A stretch of DNA of 64,000 bases from an uncultured Methylomirabilota bacterium (GTDB lineage Bacteria; Methylomirabilota; Methylomirabilia; Methylomirabilales; 2-02-FULL-66-22). Of this stretch, positions 32,366 to 42,574 are shown piece by piece. The stretch covers positions 64,001-128,000 of the forward strand of contig OY970067.1 of the NCBI GenBank assembly GCA_963705305.1. The letters are read 5' to 3'. The notes below the pieces were generated by a model. That model worked only from the letters and a program-made list of their open reading frames with translations, did not search any database and was not told the DNA's origin. The position numbers were made by a program, and so were the translations under genes. How positions within the stretch are numbered: position 1 is the first letter of the stretch; each line of letters begins with the position of its first letter.

Positions 32366-32998
32366 TCAGCTCCCTCGGCGAATGCCGGAGGTTGTGGAGA
32401 TCGTCTCCAACAATTCCCGCAATTCAAACATGGAATCCACAATAAAATCGGCGTGTTCCGAGGCCGGAGCCACAGGATTCCTCAACAGCACCGTGCGGAC
32501 GCCCGCGCGGCGTCCTGCCAGCATGTCGAACTCGTAGTCGCCCACGAAAAGCACTTCCTCCGGGGCCAGCATCATCCGTCGGCAGGCCAGCCATACCGGG
32601 TCCGGTGCCGGCTTGGGCGGTGCGTCCTCGCGGGACACGATCGCATCGAAGCGCAGCCCCAGTCGCGCGAACACCATGTCCACGCTTTTCCGGCTGTTCC
32701 TAGTCACCAGGCCTCGCTTGAGGCCCCCAGCCTCCAGCCAATCCAGGATCGCCATCGCCCCGGCCACCGGCTTGGCGGTCGAGGCCGCGGCTGTCTCGTG
32801 TCGTTCCAGGATGACCTCGGCGCGCCGCCGCTCAGCCGGCGCAAGAGCCTCCATCCGCTCGAGGATGAACCCTTCCGTCGTGCCGAATATCTCTCGCTTG
32901 ATGGCGAGAAAATCCAGTTGCTGCTCGACGACCACCCCGTCCATATCGAACAGGATGCCGGCAACGGCTGCCGGGCCTCTCGTGCCTTCGGCTGTCAT
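32366..32998 (-). CDS. HAD-superfamily hydrolase
   Basis: LFDMDG, VTRN, PKPAPD, FVGD...D..AG. Confidence 0.92.
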   Translation of the reverse strand: MTAEGTRGPAAVAGILFDMDGVVVEQQLDFLAIKREIFGTTEGFILERMEALAPAERRRAEVILERHETAAASTAKPVAGAMAILDWLEAGGLKRGLVTRNSRKSVDMVFARLGLRFDAIVSREDAPPKPAPDPVWLACRRMMLAPEEVLFVGDYEFDMLAGRRAGVRTVLLRNPVAPASEHADFIVDSMFELRELLETISTTSGIRRGS

Positions 32999-33404
32999 GG
33001 TACCTTCAGATCAAGAGGTGGCGGACCCCCGCATAGCCGAAGTACATGCCAAACCCCAATGGCGAGTCCATCTCTCCCGGCGGCCGCCGCGGACGCACCG
33101 TCCGGCGCAAACGCATGATAATCAATTATCTATAGCGTCAATCGAGACTTGGCGCAAGAGAATTTCAGGCACCCCGGGGGTCCCAAGTTGGAGACTCACT
33201 ACCGACACCGGCTAATCTGTGCGCGTGATCCGCCCATGACCTGCCCGGGCCGCATGCGAGAGCCGTCGATCCCGGCTCCGAATCACAGCCGATCCTGAAC
33301 GGGGCCGGCCGCAGGGTGGACAGGCCGGTTTCCCACCGACTATACTGCACGAGGCGCCTCGCGACGGACCGCGCAACAGCGTTCCGGGAGGGTCCGACTC
33401 AAAC

Positions 33405-34562
33405 GTGCTTGCCAATCTCGAGACGTGTCTCGCCGTCGCCGTGCTGGCTTTCTGGCTCTTCCTGGCCCTGGTCGGCACGGCCGCCATGAGGGGCATGCCC
33501 CGCCTCGTTCGGCTGCCTCTCCCCGGCCCGCACCCGGCCGTTTCGGCGGTCGTCCCGGCCCGCAATGAGGCGGCCGCACTGCCGTCCTCTCTTCCATCGC
33601 TCGCCGGCCAGACCTATCCCGATATGGAAGTGATCGCCGTGGATGACCGCTCTACGGACGGCACCGGAGAAGCGCTCGACTCGCTCGCGCGCGAACATTC
33701 CAGGCTGCGGGTCGTCCACGTGCAGGACCTCCCCGAGGGGTGGCTGGGAAAAACCCACGCCTTGTTCGTGGGCAGCCAGACCGCGAAGGGCGAGTGGCTC
33801 TTGTTCACCGATGCAGATGTCGTCTTCCATCCCCGCTGCTTGGAAGCGGCGATCGCCTATGCCGAGGCGAACCGCGTAGACCATCTGGTCCTGACCCCTC
33901 GCGCGGTGACCGCCGGCTTCTGGGAAGCGGTCCTGGTGGGCTGCTTTGGTCTGCTCTTCGGCTATGCCCTGCGGGCATGGCGGGTGAGCAATCCGCGCTC
34001 CTCCGCCCACATAGGCATCGGCGCATTCAACCTGATTCGGCGGTCGGCGTATCGGGCCATCGGAAGCCACCGCGCCTTGGCCAACTCGATATTGGACGAT
34101 CTGGAGTTGGGCCGATTGGTAAAGGCCAAGGGCCTGCGCCAGGCTGTGGCGCGCGGAGAGGACTGGCTGTCGGTGCGCTGGCAGGTGGGCTTTCGCGGGG
34201 TGGTGTCCGGGCTGGAGAAGAACGCTTTCGCAGGTGTCGGCTACTCCCTGGTCCGCGCGCTGGGGCTGAGCCTGGGCGTAGCCCTGGTTGGGATCGGTCC
34301 CTTCCTGGGGGTGCTCCTCGGTGGGACCCGGATGCTCTGCGGTGCGGCGGCGCTCCTGGTGATCGTGATCCAGGGCATTCACGCGCGCCAGGCGCGCCTC
34401 CCCTTTTGGTCGGCGTTCTTCCATCCCATGGCCATCGCCGTCCTCATATATATTCTCCTCCGTTCGGCCTTCCTGACCCTCTCCCGCGGCTCCGTCGAAT
34501 GGCGCGGAACCGCCTATCCCCTCGAGGGTCTCCGTCGCCCTCCCGGCGGGGAGCCAAGCTGA
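33405..34562 (+). CDS. Membrane GT2 glycosyltransferase (HpnB/CrtQ-like)
   Basis: VPARNE, VDDRSTDGT, LPEGWLGK, LFTDAD, DDLELG; TM segments at both ends. Confidence 0.88.
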   Translation: MLANLETCLAVAVLAFWLFLALVGTAAMRGMPRLVRLPLPGPHPAVSAVVPARNEAAALPSSLPSLAGQTYPDMEVIAVDDRSTDGTGEALDSLAREHSRLRVVHVQDLPEGWLGKTHALFVGSQTAKGEWLLFTDADVVFHPRCLEAAIAYAEANRVDHLVLTPRAVTAGFWEAVLVGCFGLLFGYALRAWRVSNPRSSAHIGIGAFNLIRRSAYRAIGSHRALANSILDDLELGRLVKAKGLRQAVARGEDWLSVRWQVGFRGVVSGLEKNAFAGVGYSLVRALGLSLGVALVGIGPFLGVLLGGTRMLCGAAALLVIVIQGIHARQARLPFWSAFFHPMAIAVLIYILLRSAFLTLSRGSVEWRGTAYPLEGLRRPPGGEPS

Positions 34563-34701
34563 CGGCGCGTCTTCCGGCGGCATCGTCCGATCCGGGTTGA
34601 CAGCCGGAGATCCGCCAGGCAGCATACGCCTCGGCCATTGGACCGCAGGCGGGAGACCAGACCCGGGGTTCGTTTCCTGGTTGAAGATAGGAGGGCATGC
34701 T

Positions 34702-36063
34702 ATGACACCGCTTGGAAAAACCTCCGGCTGCCATCACCAGTGTCCCGCCCGGCTGCTGCTTGTCACGATTCCGTTCGTCGCGGCCATGCTCTGGGCGCCC
34801 TGCGGGCAGGCCGCCCAGGCGCCCGCCTTCAACTGGCACCAGTTCGAGGGCACGACATTGCACGTGCTCCTCAGCAAGAGCCACTGGCAGCAGGTGATCG
34901 CCCCCCACCTTCCGGAGTTCGAGAAGCTCACCGGGATAAAGCTGGTCAGCGAGGTCTATCCGCAGGGCCAGCTCTGGGATGCCCTGGAGAAGGGCCTGGC
35001 GGAGCCGGGTCGCGTGGACGTGTTCATGACGGTCCCCGGCCTCGACGGTCTCCGCTACCTGCGCGCCGGCGAGATCCAACCCGTGAACGAATACCTGAAG
35101 GATCCCCACCTGACCGCGCCGGATTACGATTGGCAGGATTTCCTCCCGCGGGCCCGTGAGGCCATGGAAATCGAGGGGGCCATCCTGGGCCCGCCTGTCA
35201 TGGGTGAGCACCTGGCGATTCTGTACCGAAAGGATGTGTTCAAGCAATACCACGTGGCTGTCCCCCGGACCCTCGACGAGTTGGAGGCGGCCGCCCGGCT
35301 GCTTCACATGAAGCCCATGGGGCCCAAGGGGGAGCCCGGCGTGGGCCTGGTGTGCCGGGGGAGCGGGGCTACCGCCACCTCCCTGTACGCCGCGATCCTG
35401 CACGCGTATGGCGGGACTTGGTTCGACGGCGATCACCGCCCCGCCATCAACGGGCCCAAGAGCCTGGAGGCGCTGGAATTGATCTCGCAGCTTCTCAGCC
35501 ACTACGCTCCCCCCAACGTCTCCAGCTTTGACTGGCGAGAGGCCTCCAACGTCTTTCTCGATGGCAAGGCCGCCATGTACATCGAGGGCAGCTCCATCTA
35601 TCCGCTGATCGAGGATCCCGGCAACTCCTGGATCGCCGGGAAGGTCGGCTACGCCGTGTTCCCCGGCGGTCCCGGCGGCCCGGGGACGTCCATTGCCGTG
35701 CGGGGCCTGGCCATCGCAAAGGACAGCGCCCACCCGCAGGCCGCGTGGCTGTTCCTGCAGTGGGCCAGCACCAAGGACATGGTGCGGGAGGCCCTGGGCA
35801 AGGGAGTCCTGGTCGGCCGCGAGTCGGTCTGGAAAGACCACTCCCTTTACGGCATGATCCCCGACGACCTGGCCCAATCGTTCCAGGAGGCCGGACGGAT
35901 CGGGAATCCGCTGTGGGCCCCTCCCATGGTGGCGGTGACATCGGCCCGGGAGGCCGTGGGAATGGCGGTCACGGCCGCCATCCGCGGGGAGGGCATCCAG
36001 CCCGCGGCGGATGCCGCAGCCAAACGATTGACCCAGATCCTCCAGCTGACCGAGCCCCGGTAG
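34702..36063 (+). CDS. Carbohydrate ABC substrate-binding protein (paralog 1)
   Basis: FEKLTGIKL, YRKDVF, VP.TLDEL, GKAAMY, GKVGYA.FP, AAWLFLQWA. Confidence 0.9.
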   Translation: MTPLGKTSGCHHQCPARLLLVTIPFVAAMLWAPCGQAAQAPAFNWHQFEGTTLHVLLSKSHWQQVIAPHLPEFEKLTGIKLVSEVYPQGQLWDALEKGLAEPGRVDVFMTVPGLDGLRYLRAGEIQPVNEYLKDPHLTAPDYDWQDFLPRAREAMEIEGAILGPPVMGEHLAILYRKDVFKQYHVAVPRTLDELEAAARLLHMKPMGPKGEPGVGLVCRGSGATATSLYAAILHAYGGTWFDGDHRPAINGPKSLEALELISQLLSHYAPPNVSSFDWREASNVFLDGKAAMYIEGSSIYPLIEDPGNSWIAGKVGYAVFPGGPGGPGTSIAVRGLAIAKDSAHPQAAWLFLQWASTKDMVREALGKGVLVGRESVWKDHSLYGMIPDDLAQSFQEAGRIGNPLWAPPMVAVTSAREAVGMAVTAAIRGEGIQPAADAAAKRLTQILQLTEPR

Positions 36064-36289
36064 CGTTCCGGCCGGGAACCCTGACTTCCGGCGCCTCCCT
36101 GCCGCCTGTCGGCGGACGGGGGGCGCCGAATCATTCCCTCCGCCAAACAACCCCCTTCGTGCACGGCGCCCCGGCCTTGATTCCGATGGCCGCCTGTGGT
36201 ACGAATCCAGTCTACCGATGCCTCATCGGGTCGCCTTTTTTGTGCGCCGCAGGAACAGGAGATTGTACGACGTTGAGAGGAGGTCTCGT

Positions 36290-37609
36290 ATGGGCCGCGC
36301 GTTGAAGATCGCGATCCTTGCCTTGATCATGGGGTTGATGGTCGCCCCATCCGTCCAGGCCGCCCAGTTCAACTGGCAACAGTTCAAGGGCACCCAACTG
36401 CGCATCCTGCTGAACAAGCACCCATGGCAGCAGGCGATCGAGCCGCACCTGAAGGATTTCGAGGCGCTCACGGGCATCAAGCTTGTCACCGAGGTCTATC
36501 CGGAGGACCAGTTCCGGGCCAAGACCCTGGTGGAGCTGACCTCGGGGGCCAGCAGCATCGACGTGTTCATGAGCATGCCCGCCCAGGAGGGACTCAAGTA
36601 CATGCGCGCGGGCTGGCTGCAGCCCGTGGACGAGTACCTCAAAGATCCGTCCCTCACCGCCCCGGACTACAACTGGAACGATTTCCTGAGCAAGACCCGC
36701 GAGGCCATGACGGTGGAAGGCAAGCTGGTGGGCCCCCCCATCCAGGTGGAAAACGTCTCCCTGATATACCGGAAGGACGTTTTCCAGAAGTACCAGGTGA
36801 AGGTGCCCACCACGCTGGCTGAGGTGGAGGCTGCCGCCAAGGCGCTAAACGGCAAGATCATGACCGACGACGGGCAGCCCGGCTTCGGCATCGTCGCCCG
36901 CGGCAAGCGCGCGGCGGCCACCTCTATGTTTGCCGGCATGCTGTACGCCATGGGCGCCGAGTGGATCGGGCCCAACCGCGAGCCGGTCTTCAACTCGCCG
37001 CAAGGGATCCAGGCCTTCGAGATGTGGGGGCGCCTCCTCCGCCTGTACGGTCCCCCCGGCTCCGAGAACAACCACTGGTACGAGGCATCCTCCATCTTCT
37101 CGCAGGGCAAGGCCGCCATGTACCTCGATGCCAACTCCCTCTGGGTCGTGGTGGAGGATCCGCAGAAATCCAAGGTCCAGGGAAAGGTGGGCTACGCCCT
37201 GTTCCCGAAGGGTCCTCAGGGTCAGCCCGGCTCCACCGTGGCCGTGTGGGGGCTGGCCATCCCCAAGACCAGCAAGAACCAGAAGGCCGCCTGGCTCTTT
37301 TTGCAGTGGGCCACCAATCACGACCAAGTCTTCAAGGTCCAGACCGAGCGGGGCGTCCTGGGCTGCCGCGAGTCGGTGTGGAACGACCCGAAAGGACGCG
37401 CCAAGGTACCGGCCGATCTCGCCGAGTCGCTGAAGGAAGGCTCGAAGATCGGGACGCCATTCTGGAACCCGCCCGTGGTGGCTGTGGCCGAGGTGCGCGA
37501 CGCCATCGGCGCGGCCATCGTGACGTCGATCCAGGGCGGCGACGTCCCGGCCGCGGTCAATAAAGCGGCCGCCGACGTGAAGCGAATCATGGCCGAGACC
37601 GAGAAGTAA
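36290..37609 (+). CDS. Carbohydrate ABC substrate-binding protein (paralog 2)
   Basis: Signal peptide MGRALKIAILALIMGLMVAPSVQA; same motifs as paralog 1; GAGGAGG SD. Confidence 0.93.
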   Translation: MGRALKIAILALIMGLMVAPSVQAAQFNWQQFKGTQLRILLNKHPWQQAIEPHLKDFEALTGIKLVTEVYPEDQFRAKTLVELTSGASSIDVFMSMPAQEGLKYMRAGWLQPVDEYLKDPSLTAPDYNWNDFLSKTREAMTVEGKLVGPPIQVENVSLIYRKDVFQKYQVKVPTTLAEVEAAAKALNGKIMTDDGQPGFGIVARGKRAAATSMFAGMLYAMGAEWIGPNREPVFNSPQGIQAFEMWGRLLRLYGPPGSENNHWYEASSIFSQGKAAMYLDANSLWVVVEDPQKSKVQGKVGYALFPKGPQGQPGSTVAVWGLAIPKTSKNQKAAWLFLQWATNHDQVFKVQTERGVLGCRESVWNDPKGRAKVPADLAESLKEGSKIGTPFWNPPVVAVAEVRDAIGAAIVTSIQGGDVPAAVNKAAADVKRIMAETEK

Positions 37610-37635
37610 GAACAGCGCTCCATCCAGAGCAGACC

Positions 37636-37671
37636 ATGCCGGAGGAGGCCCGCCCGGGCTTCCTCCGGCAT
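37636..37671 (+). terminator. Stem-loop after binding-protein gene (partial terminator or mRNA stabiliser)
   Basis: ATGCCGGAGGAGGCCC..GGGCTTCCTCCGGCAT inverted repeat. Confidence 0.6.
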
Positions 37672-37684
37672 CCTTTGAGCCCTC

Positions 37685-38608
37685 ATGCGCACCGACACCC
37701 GCAGCCCCCGCGGTAGAACCTGGTACACGTCCGGATGGTCGCTCTTCGTCGAGAAGCATCCGGTGCTCGTCTTCACCTTCCCGGCGGCCGTGGTGGTGTT
37801 CATCCTCATGGTCTTCCCGGTCGGCTACACCTTCTACATGAGCCTCCACTCCTGGTACGCCAGCAGCCTGACCTCCCCGGAGTTCATCGGGCTGCAGAAC
37901 TTCAGGCGGGCCTTCTTCGAGGATGAGCGGTTTCGGAACGCGCTCTGGCTGACCGTCTATTTCACCGTCCTGGCCACCGGCCTGCAGGTCGTCCTGGGGG
38001 TGGCCCTGGCCCTGCTGCTCAACCGCCCCTTCCGGGGCAAGGGATTTTTCCGCTCCATCTTCCTGCTGCCCATGGTGGCCACGCCCGTGGCCATCGCCCT
38101 GGTCTGGATGATGATGTACAACCCCACGCTGGGGGTGATGAACTACCTCGTCGGCATGGTGGGACTGGGGCCCTACAAGTGGGTGAGCGACGTCCGGATC
38201 GTGATCCCGGCCCTGGCGGTGGTGGACACCTGGGAGTGGACGCCCCTCATCACCCTGATCACCCTGGCGGGGCTGGCCACCCTGCCCCTGGAGCCATACG
38301 AGTCGGCGCTGATCGACGGGGCGACGCCCGCCCAGATGTTCTGGCGGATCACCCTGCCGCTCCTCCGGCCCGCGATCATGGTGGCCCTGCTGTTCCGGGC
38401 CATCGACTGTCTCAAGACCTTCGACATCATCTACGTCATGACCGCCGGGGGACCGGGCTTTGCCTCGGAGACGCTCAACGTCTATACCTTCCAGGTGGGT
38501 CTGTTTTACTTCCACATCGGCTACGCCTGCTCCCTGCTGGTCATCCTGTTCGCGCTGGTCGTGGGCGTCAGCCTGGTGCTGATCAAGATTCGACGGGGGT
38601 CCTGGTAA
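37685..38608 (+). CDS. Carbohydrate ABC permease (MalF-like)
   Basis: FIGLQNF, LLPM..TPV, W.WTP, EAA-loop YESALIDGA. Confidence 0.93.
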   Translation: MRTDTRSPRGRTWYTSGWSLFVEKHPVLVFTFPAAVVVFILMVFPVGYTFYMSLHSWYASSLTSPEFIGLQNFRRAFFEDERFRNALWLTVYFTVLATGLQVVLGVALALLLNRPFRGKGFFRSIFLLPMVATPVAIALVWMMMYNPTLGVMNYLVGMVGLGPYKWVSDVRIVIPALAVVDTWEWTPLITLITLAGLATLPLEPYESALIDGATPAQMFWRITLPLLRPAIMVALLFRAIDCLKTFDIIYVMTAGGPGFASETLNVYTFQVGLFYFHIGYACSLLVILFALVVGVSLVLIKIRRGSW

Positions 38609-38727
38609 GAGTCGCCAGTGGGCGACACCGACAAACCGACAACGAACCACGTCATGCCGGCCGGCTGCGCTCGGCGGCGGCCAGCCGGCAGTAGCCGGTC
38701 TTCCAAGCGGCATCAGCGAGAGGTCCG

Positions 38728-39549
38728 ATGCGCACCTTGACACGGTCGGCGGAGAGTCCCTGGACATACGTCCTGCTGGTCGTCATTCTGCTCCCATTCC
38801 TCTTCCCCCTGGCCTGGATGCTCCTGTCGTCCCTCAAAACCCAGGTGCAGAATACGGCCTATCCGCCCGTCTGGATCTTTACCCCCACGCTCAACAACTA
38901 CCGCGAAGTCTTCATCCGGAACCCCTTTTTCACCTTTACCTGGAACAGCATGGTGGTGGCGGCCGGCTCCACCGGCCTGGCCCTGATTTTCGGCCTGCCC
39001 GGCGCGTACGTCGTGGCCCGCTTCAAGCAAACCGGCATCGCCCTGGCCATCCTCAGCGCGCGTATGGCCCCCGGCATCGGCTACCTCATCCCCTGGTTCA
39101 TCCTGTTTACCAAGGCCAAGATGATCGACACCTACACGGCGCTCATCCTCACGCACCTGATCGTAGCCCTGCCCCTGGTGCTCTGGGTGATGATCGGCTT
39201 TTTCGAGGACGTCCCGGGCGAGTTGATCGAGGCGGCCCGCATCGACGGCTGCTCCAATTTCTCGGCTTTCTGGCGCGTCGCCCTGCCCCTGGTGAAACCC
39301 GGCATCGTGGCCACGGCCATCCTGAGCTTCATCTTCTCCTGGAACAACTTCCTGTTCTCGCTGATCATCGCCGGTTACAAGACGCGCACGCTTCCCATCG
39401 CCGTCTACAACTTCCTGTCCTACGAAGAGATCAACTGGGGCGGCCTCACGGCGGCCGCCACCATCATCACGCTGCCGGTCCTTATCCTCTCCCTCTTCAT
39501 CCAGAAGCACATCGTGCGAGGCCTGACCCTTGGAGCCCTGAAGGGATAG
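38728..39549 (+). CDS. Carbohydrate ABC permease (MalG-like)
   Basis: P.EL.EAARIDG, FIFSWNNFLF, TLP, GLT.GALKG. Confidence 0.94.
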   Translation: MRTLTRSAESPWTYVLLVVILLPFLFPLAWMLLSSLKTQVQNTAYPPVWIFTPTLNNYREVFIRNPFFTFTWNSMVVAAGSTGLALIFGLPGAYVVARFKQTGIALAILSARMAPGIGYLIPWFILFTKAKMIDTYTALILTHLIVALPLVLWVMIGFFEDVPGELIEAARIDGCSNFSAFWRVALPLVKPGIVATAILSFIFSWNNFLFSLIIAGYKTRTLPIAVYNFLSYEEINWGGLTAAATIITLPVLILSLFIQKHIVRGLTLGALKG

Positions 39550-39634
39550 GGGATCGGCCGGAGGCCGCCCGGCTCCCCCGGGCCTGTCCGCGCCAGGCGG
39601 CTGCTGGTCTCCGGCCCCGCAGAAGGAGGCACCC

Positions 39635-40411
39635 ATGCGACTCGCCAACAAATCCGCTATCATCACCGGGGCCGGCCGCGGCATCGGCAAGGCGACCGCT
39701 CTCCGGTTCGCCCGGGAAGGGGCCGATATTCTCACGCCGGACCTGGATCTGGCGATGAGCCAGCAAACGGCGCGGGAGATCCAAGCCCTCGGGCGCAAAG
39801 GCCTCCCCCTGCAGATGGATGTCACGCGGATGGCGGACATCCAGCGCATGGTGGAGACGGCCCTCCGCGAGCTCGGGAAGATCGACATTCTCGTGAACAA
39901 CGCGGGCGTCACCCTGGTGCGGGATCCGCTCCAGCTCAGCGAGGCCGACTGGGACCGCACCCTGACCTTGAACGCCAAGGCGGTCTTCTTCTGCTCCCAG
40001 GCGGTGGCCCGCGAGATGGCGAAGCGCCGCAGCGGGGTCATCCTCAACGCCGCCTCCATCTCCGGGCGCTCCGGCAAGCCGATGATGGTGGATTACTGCG
40101 CGTCCAAGTTCGCTGTGATCGGAATGACCCAGGCGCTGGCGCTGGCGCTGGCCAAGTACGGGATCCGGGTCAACGCCGTGGCGCCGGGAATCGTGGATAC
40201 GGACATGTGGATGGACATCGATCGGGAGTGGTCGGCCCTGGAGGGCAAGCCCACTGGCAGCATGAAGCAGTCGCGGGTGGCTGCCATTCCCCTGGGCCGG
40301 ATCGAGACCCCCGAGGACGTGGCCAATGTGTACACGTTCCTGGCCTCGGACGAGGCCGGCTACATCACGGGCCAGACCTACAACGTGTGCGGCGGGCTGC
40401 AATTGAACTAG
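39635..40411 (+). CDS. SDR (sorbitol/acetoin dehydrogenase-like)
   Basis: TGAGRGIG, NNAG, YCASK, VAPG.VDT.MW, ITGQ..NV.GG. Confidence 0.92.
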   Translation: MRLANKSAIITGAGRGIGKATALRFAREGADILTPDLDLAMSQQTAREIQALGRKGLPLQMDVTRMADIQRMVETALRELGKIDILVNNAGVTLVRDPLQLSEADWDRTLTLNAKAVFFCSQAVAREMAKRRSGVILNAASISGRSGKPMMVDYCASKFAVIGMTQALALALAKYGIRVNAVAPGIVDTDMWMDIDREWSALEGKPTGSMKQSRVAAIPLGRIETPEDVANVYTFLASDEAGYITGQTYNVCGGLQLN

Positions 40412-40437
40412 CAGCCTGCTGAAAAAGGCCCATCTGC
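40411..40437. repeat. Family-A element, truncated single end
   Basis: GCAGCCTGCTGAAAAAGGCCCATCTGC beginning at the SDR TAG stop. Confidence 0.7.
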
Positions 40438-40450
40438 TTCCGGGACTGCC

Positions 40451-41407
40451 ATGCGGCTTGACATCTCCGTTCCGTCGGACAAGCCCTTCGACGTGGTCGG
40501 CGTCGGCATCAACGTCATCGATTACCTGTTCCAGGTTTCGCAGTTCCCCGAGCCGGATACCAAGGTGGACGCCCTGACCTCCTCGACCCAGGGCGGGGGA
40601 CTCACCGCCACGGCCATGGTGACCTGCGCCCGGCTGGGGCTGCGGACACGCTACATCGGCAAGTTCGGCAGCGATCAGATCGGACGCCTGGCCCGCGAGG
40701 AGCTGGAGGCCGAGGGCATCGATCTGGGCGGGGCGGTCCAGGCCGCCGGGACGCCACACCGGCTGTCCATCGTCCTGGTGGAGCAGACCACGGGCCATCG
40801 GACGATCGTGCGCCGGTACGACCCACGGATCCGGCTTCGCCCCGAGGATCTGTCCCGCGAGGCGGTCTGCGCGGGTCGGATCCTGCACCTGGACGGCTAC
40901 GAGGGGGACGCCGCGGTGCAGGCGGGCCGCTGGGCGCGGGAGGCAGGCATCCCCGTCTCGATGGATGCGGAAGAGCCCACCGAGCGTCGCGACGAGCTGT
41001 TCCGCCTCACGGACATCCTCATCGTGGGCCGGCGATTTGGCCGCATGCTCACCGGAACGGACGAGCCCGCCGCGATCCTGCGCGGCCTGGAGGGATGCGG
41101 GCCGCCCGTCCTCGGGCTGACGCTGGGCGAAGACGGCTCCATGCTGCGCTTCCGCGGCGAGACCGCGCAGGCGCCGGGCTTCCGGGTGGATGTTGTGGAC
41201 ACCAATGGAGCGGGAGATGTGTTCCACGGCGCCTTCCTGTACGGCCTGTTGCAGGGCTGGCAGCCCGGCGATATACTGGCCTTCGCCAACGCGGTGTCGG
41301 CGCTGAAGTGCCGACAACTGGGCGGCCGCGCCGGCATCCCGCGCGTCGAGGAGGTTCGAGCCTTCCTCACCGCCGGCCCGGTGCGACATCCGTCAATACC
41401 ACTCTAG
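40451..41407 (+). CDS. PfkB-family carbohydrate kinase
   Basis: GGG..ATA....RLG, VVDTNGAGDVFHG. Confidence 0.92.
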   Translation: MRLDISVPSDKPFDVVGVGINVIDYLFQVSQFPEPDTKVDALTSSTQGGGLTATAMVTCARLGLRTRYIGKFGSDQIGRLAREELEAEGIDLGGAVQAAGTPHRLSIVLVEQTTGHRTIVRRYDPRIRLRPEDLSREAVCAGRILHLDGYEGDAAVQAGRWAREAGIPVSMDAEEPTERRDELFRLTDILIVGRRFGRMLTGTDEPAAILRGLEGCGPPVLGLTLGEDGSMLRFRGETAQAPGFRVDVVDTNGAGDVFHGAFLYGLLQGWQPGDILAFANAVSALKCRQLGGRAGIPRVEEVRAFLTAGPVRHPSIPL

Positions 41408-41420
41408 AGGAGTTCACCCC

Positions 41421-42419
41421 ATGAAGGCAGCCGTCTGGAAAGGCATCGAACAGCTGGACATCGACGACCTCCCCATCCCCGACCCGAAGGACCCCCGCGA
41501 GGTCCAGGTCAAGGTGGTGGCCTGCGGCGTGTGCGCCACCGACGTGCATATCCTGGAAGGCAAGTTCCCGATGTTCAAGCCGCCGCGGGTCATCGGCCAC
41601 GAGTTCACCGGGGTCGTGAGCGCGGTCGGGAACGAGGTCACCAAGGTCAAGGTCGGCGATCGGGTGGCGGTGGAGACCGGATTGGCCTGCGATCGCTGCT
41701 ACTACTGCCGAGACGGGCGGGAGCACCAGTGCCTGCACCGCTATGCGCACCCGGGGGGGTATGCGGAGTACGCCCTGTACCCCGACCGCCTGGTCCACAA
41801 GCTGCCGGACGGCCTCTCCTTCGAGGTGGCTGCCCTGGCCGAGCCGCTGGCCTGTACCCTCCACGCCATCGACCTGGCCAAGGTCCGCTCGGGCAACGTC
41901 GCCCTCGTCCTGGGCGGGGGTACCATCGGCTGCCTCATGACGCAGCTGCTCCTCCACAGCGGCGCCAGCAAGGTCCTGGTCTCGGAGCCGCAGGCCCACC
42001 GGCGCGAGATCAACAAGGCCGTCGGCGGTATTGCCGTCGATCCGAAGAGCCAGGACCTGGCGGCCTTCGTCACGGAGCACACCGACGGCCTGGGCCCGGA
42101 GATCGTCTTCGACTGCCTGGGCCACCCCGCCCTCCTGGAGCAGGGCATCGACCTCGTGCAGAAGGGCGGGACCGTGTTCGTCATGGGCGTGGCCGATCCG
42201 GAGGCGGTGGCCAAGGTCAAACCCTACCAGCTCTTCGATAAGGAGATCCAGATCAAGTCCGCCTTCCTGCGGCCGTACATCTTCCACCGGGCCGTGCGCT
42301 GGCTGCCGCACCTGGTCTTGCAGCCCCTCCTCGGCGTGGAGTATCCCTTGGCGCAGACGAAGGAGGCCATCCACGCCCTGCGGCACAGCCAGGGGCTGAA
42401 GATCATGGTCAAGCCCTAG
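41421..42419 (+). CDS. Zn-dependent alcohol/polyol dehydrogenase
   Basis: CGVCATD, GHEF, CxxCxxC..C, GGGTIG. Confidence 0.92.
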   Translation: MKAAVWKGIEQLDIDDLPIPDPKDPREVQVKVVACGVCATDVHILEGKFPMFKPPRVIGHEFTGVVSAVGNEVTKVKVGDRVAVETGLACDRCYYCRDGREHQCLHRYAHPGGYAEYALYPDRLVHKLPDGLSFEVAALAEPLACTLHAIDLAKVRSGNVALVLGGGTIGCLMTQLLLHSGASKVLVSEPQAHRREINKAVGGIAVDPKSQDLAAFVTEHTDGLGPEIVFDCLGHPALLEQGIDLVQKGGTVFVMGVADPEAVAKVKPYQLFDKEIQIKSAFLRPYIFHRAVRWLPHLVLQPLLGVEYPLAQTKEAIHALRHSQGLKIMVKP

Positions 42420-42573
42420 CAGGCCGCTGAAAAAGGCCCATCTGCTGCGTTGCGGCGTACGGGCAAAGTACGCCTCCGACCCACCTCCGGTGGGTACCCC
42501 GCGGATCGTGCGGCGCCTTGCATCTGGGCCTTTTTGAGCGGCCCGAGCAAAAACGAATTTTTCAGGAAGCCCT
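42419..42573. repeat. Family-A palindromic element, copy 3
   Basis: GCAGGCCGCTGAAAAAGGCCCATCTGC...GCATCTGGGCCTTTTTGAGCGGCCCGAGCAAAAAC; starts at the upstream TAG stop. Confidence 0.8.
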
Positions 42574-42574
42574 C

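Noticed and set aside
33116..33130. TGATAATCAATTATC as a Fur box
   Set aside because: Arm spacing is 2 nt rather than the 7-1-7 pattern and the flanking genes have no iron link; may be another operator but unsupported
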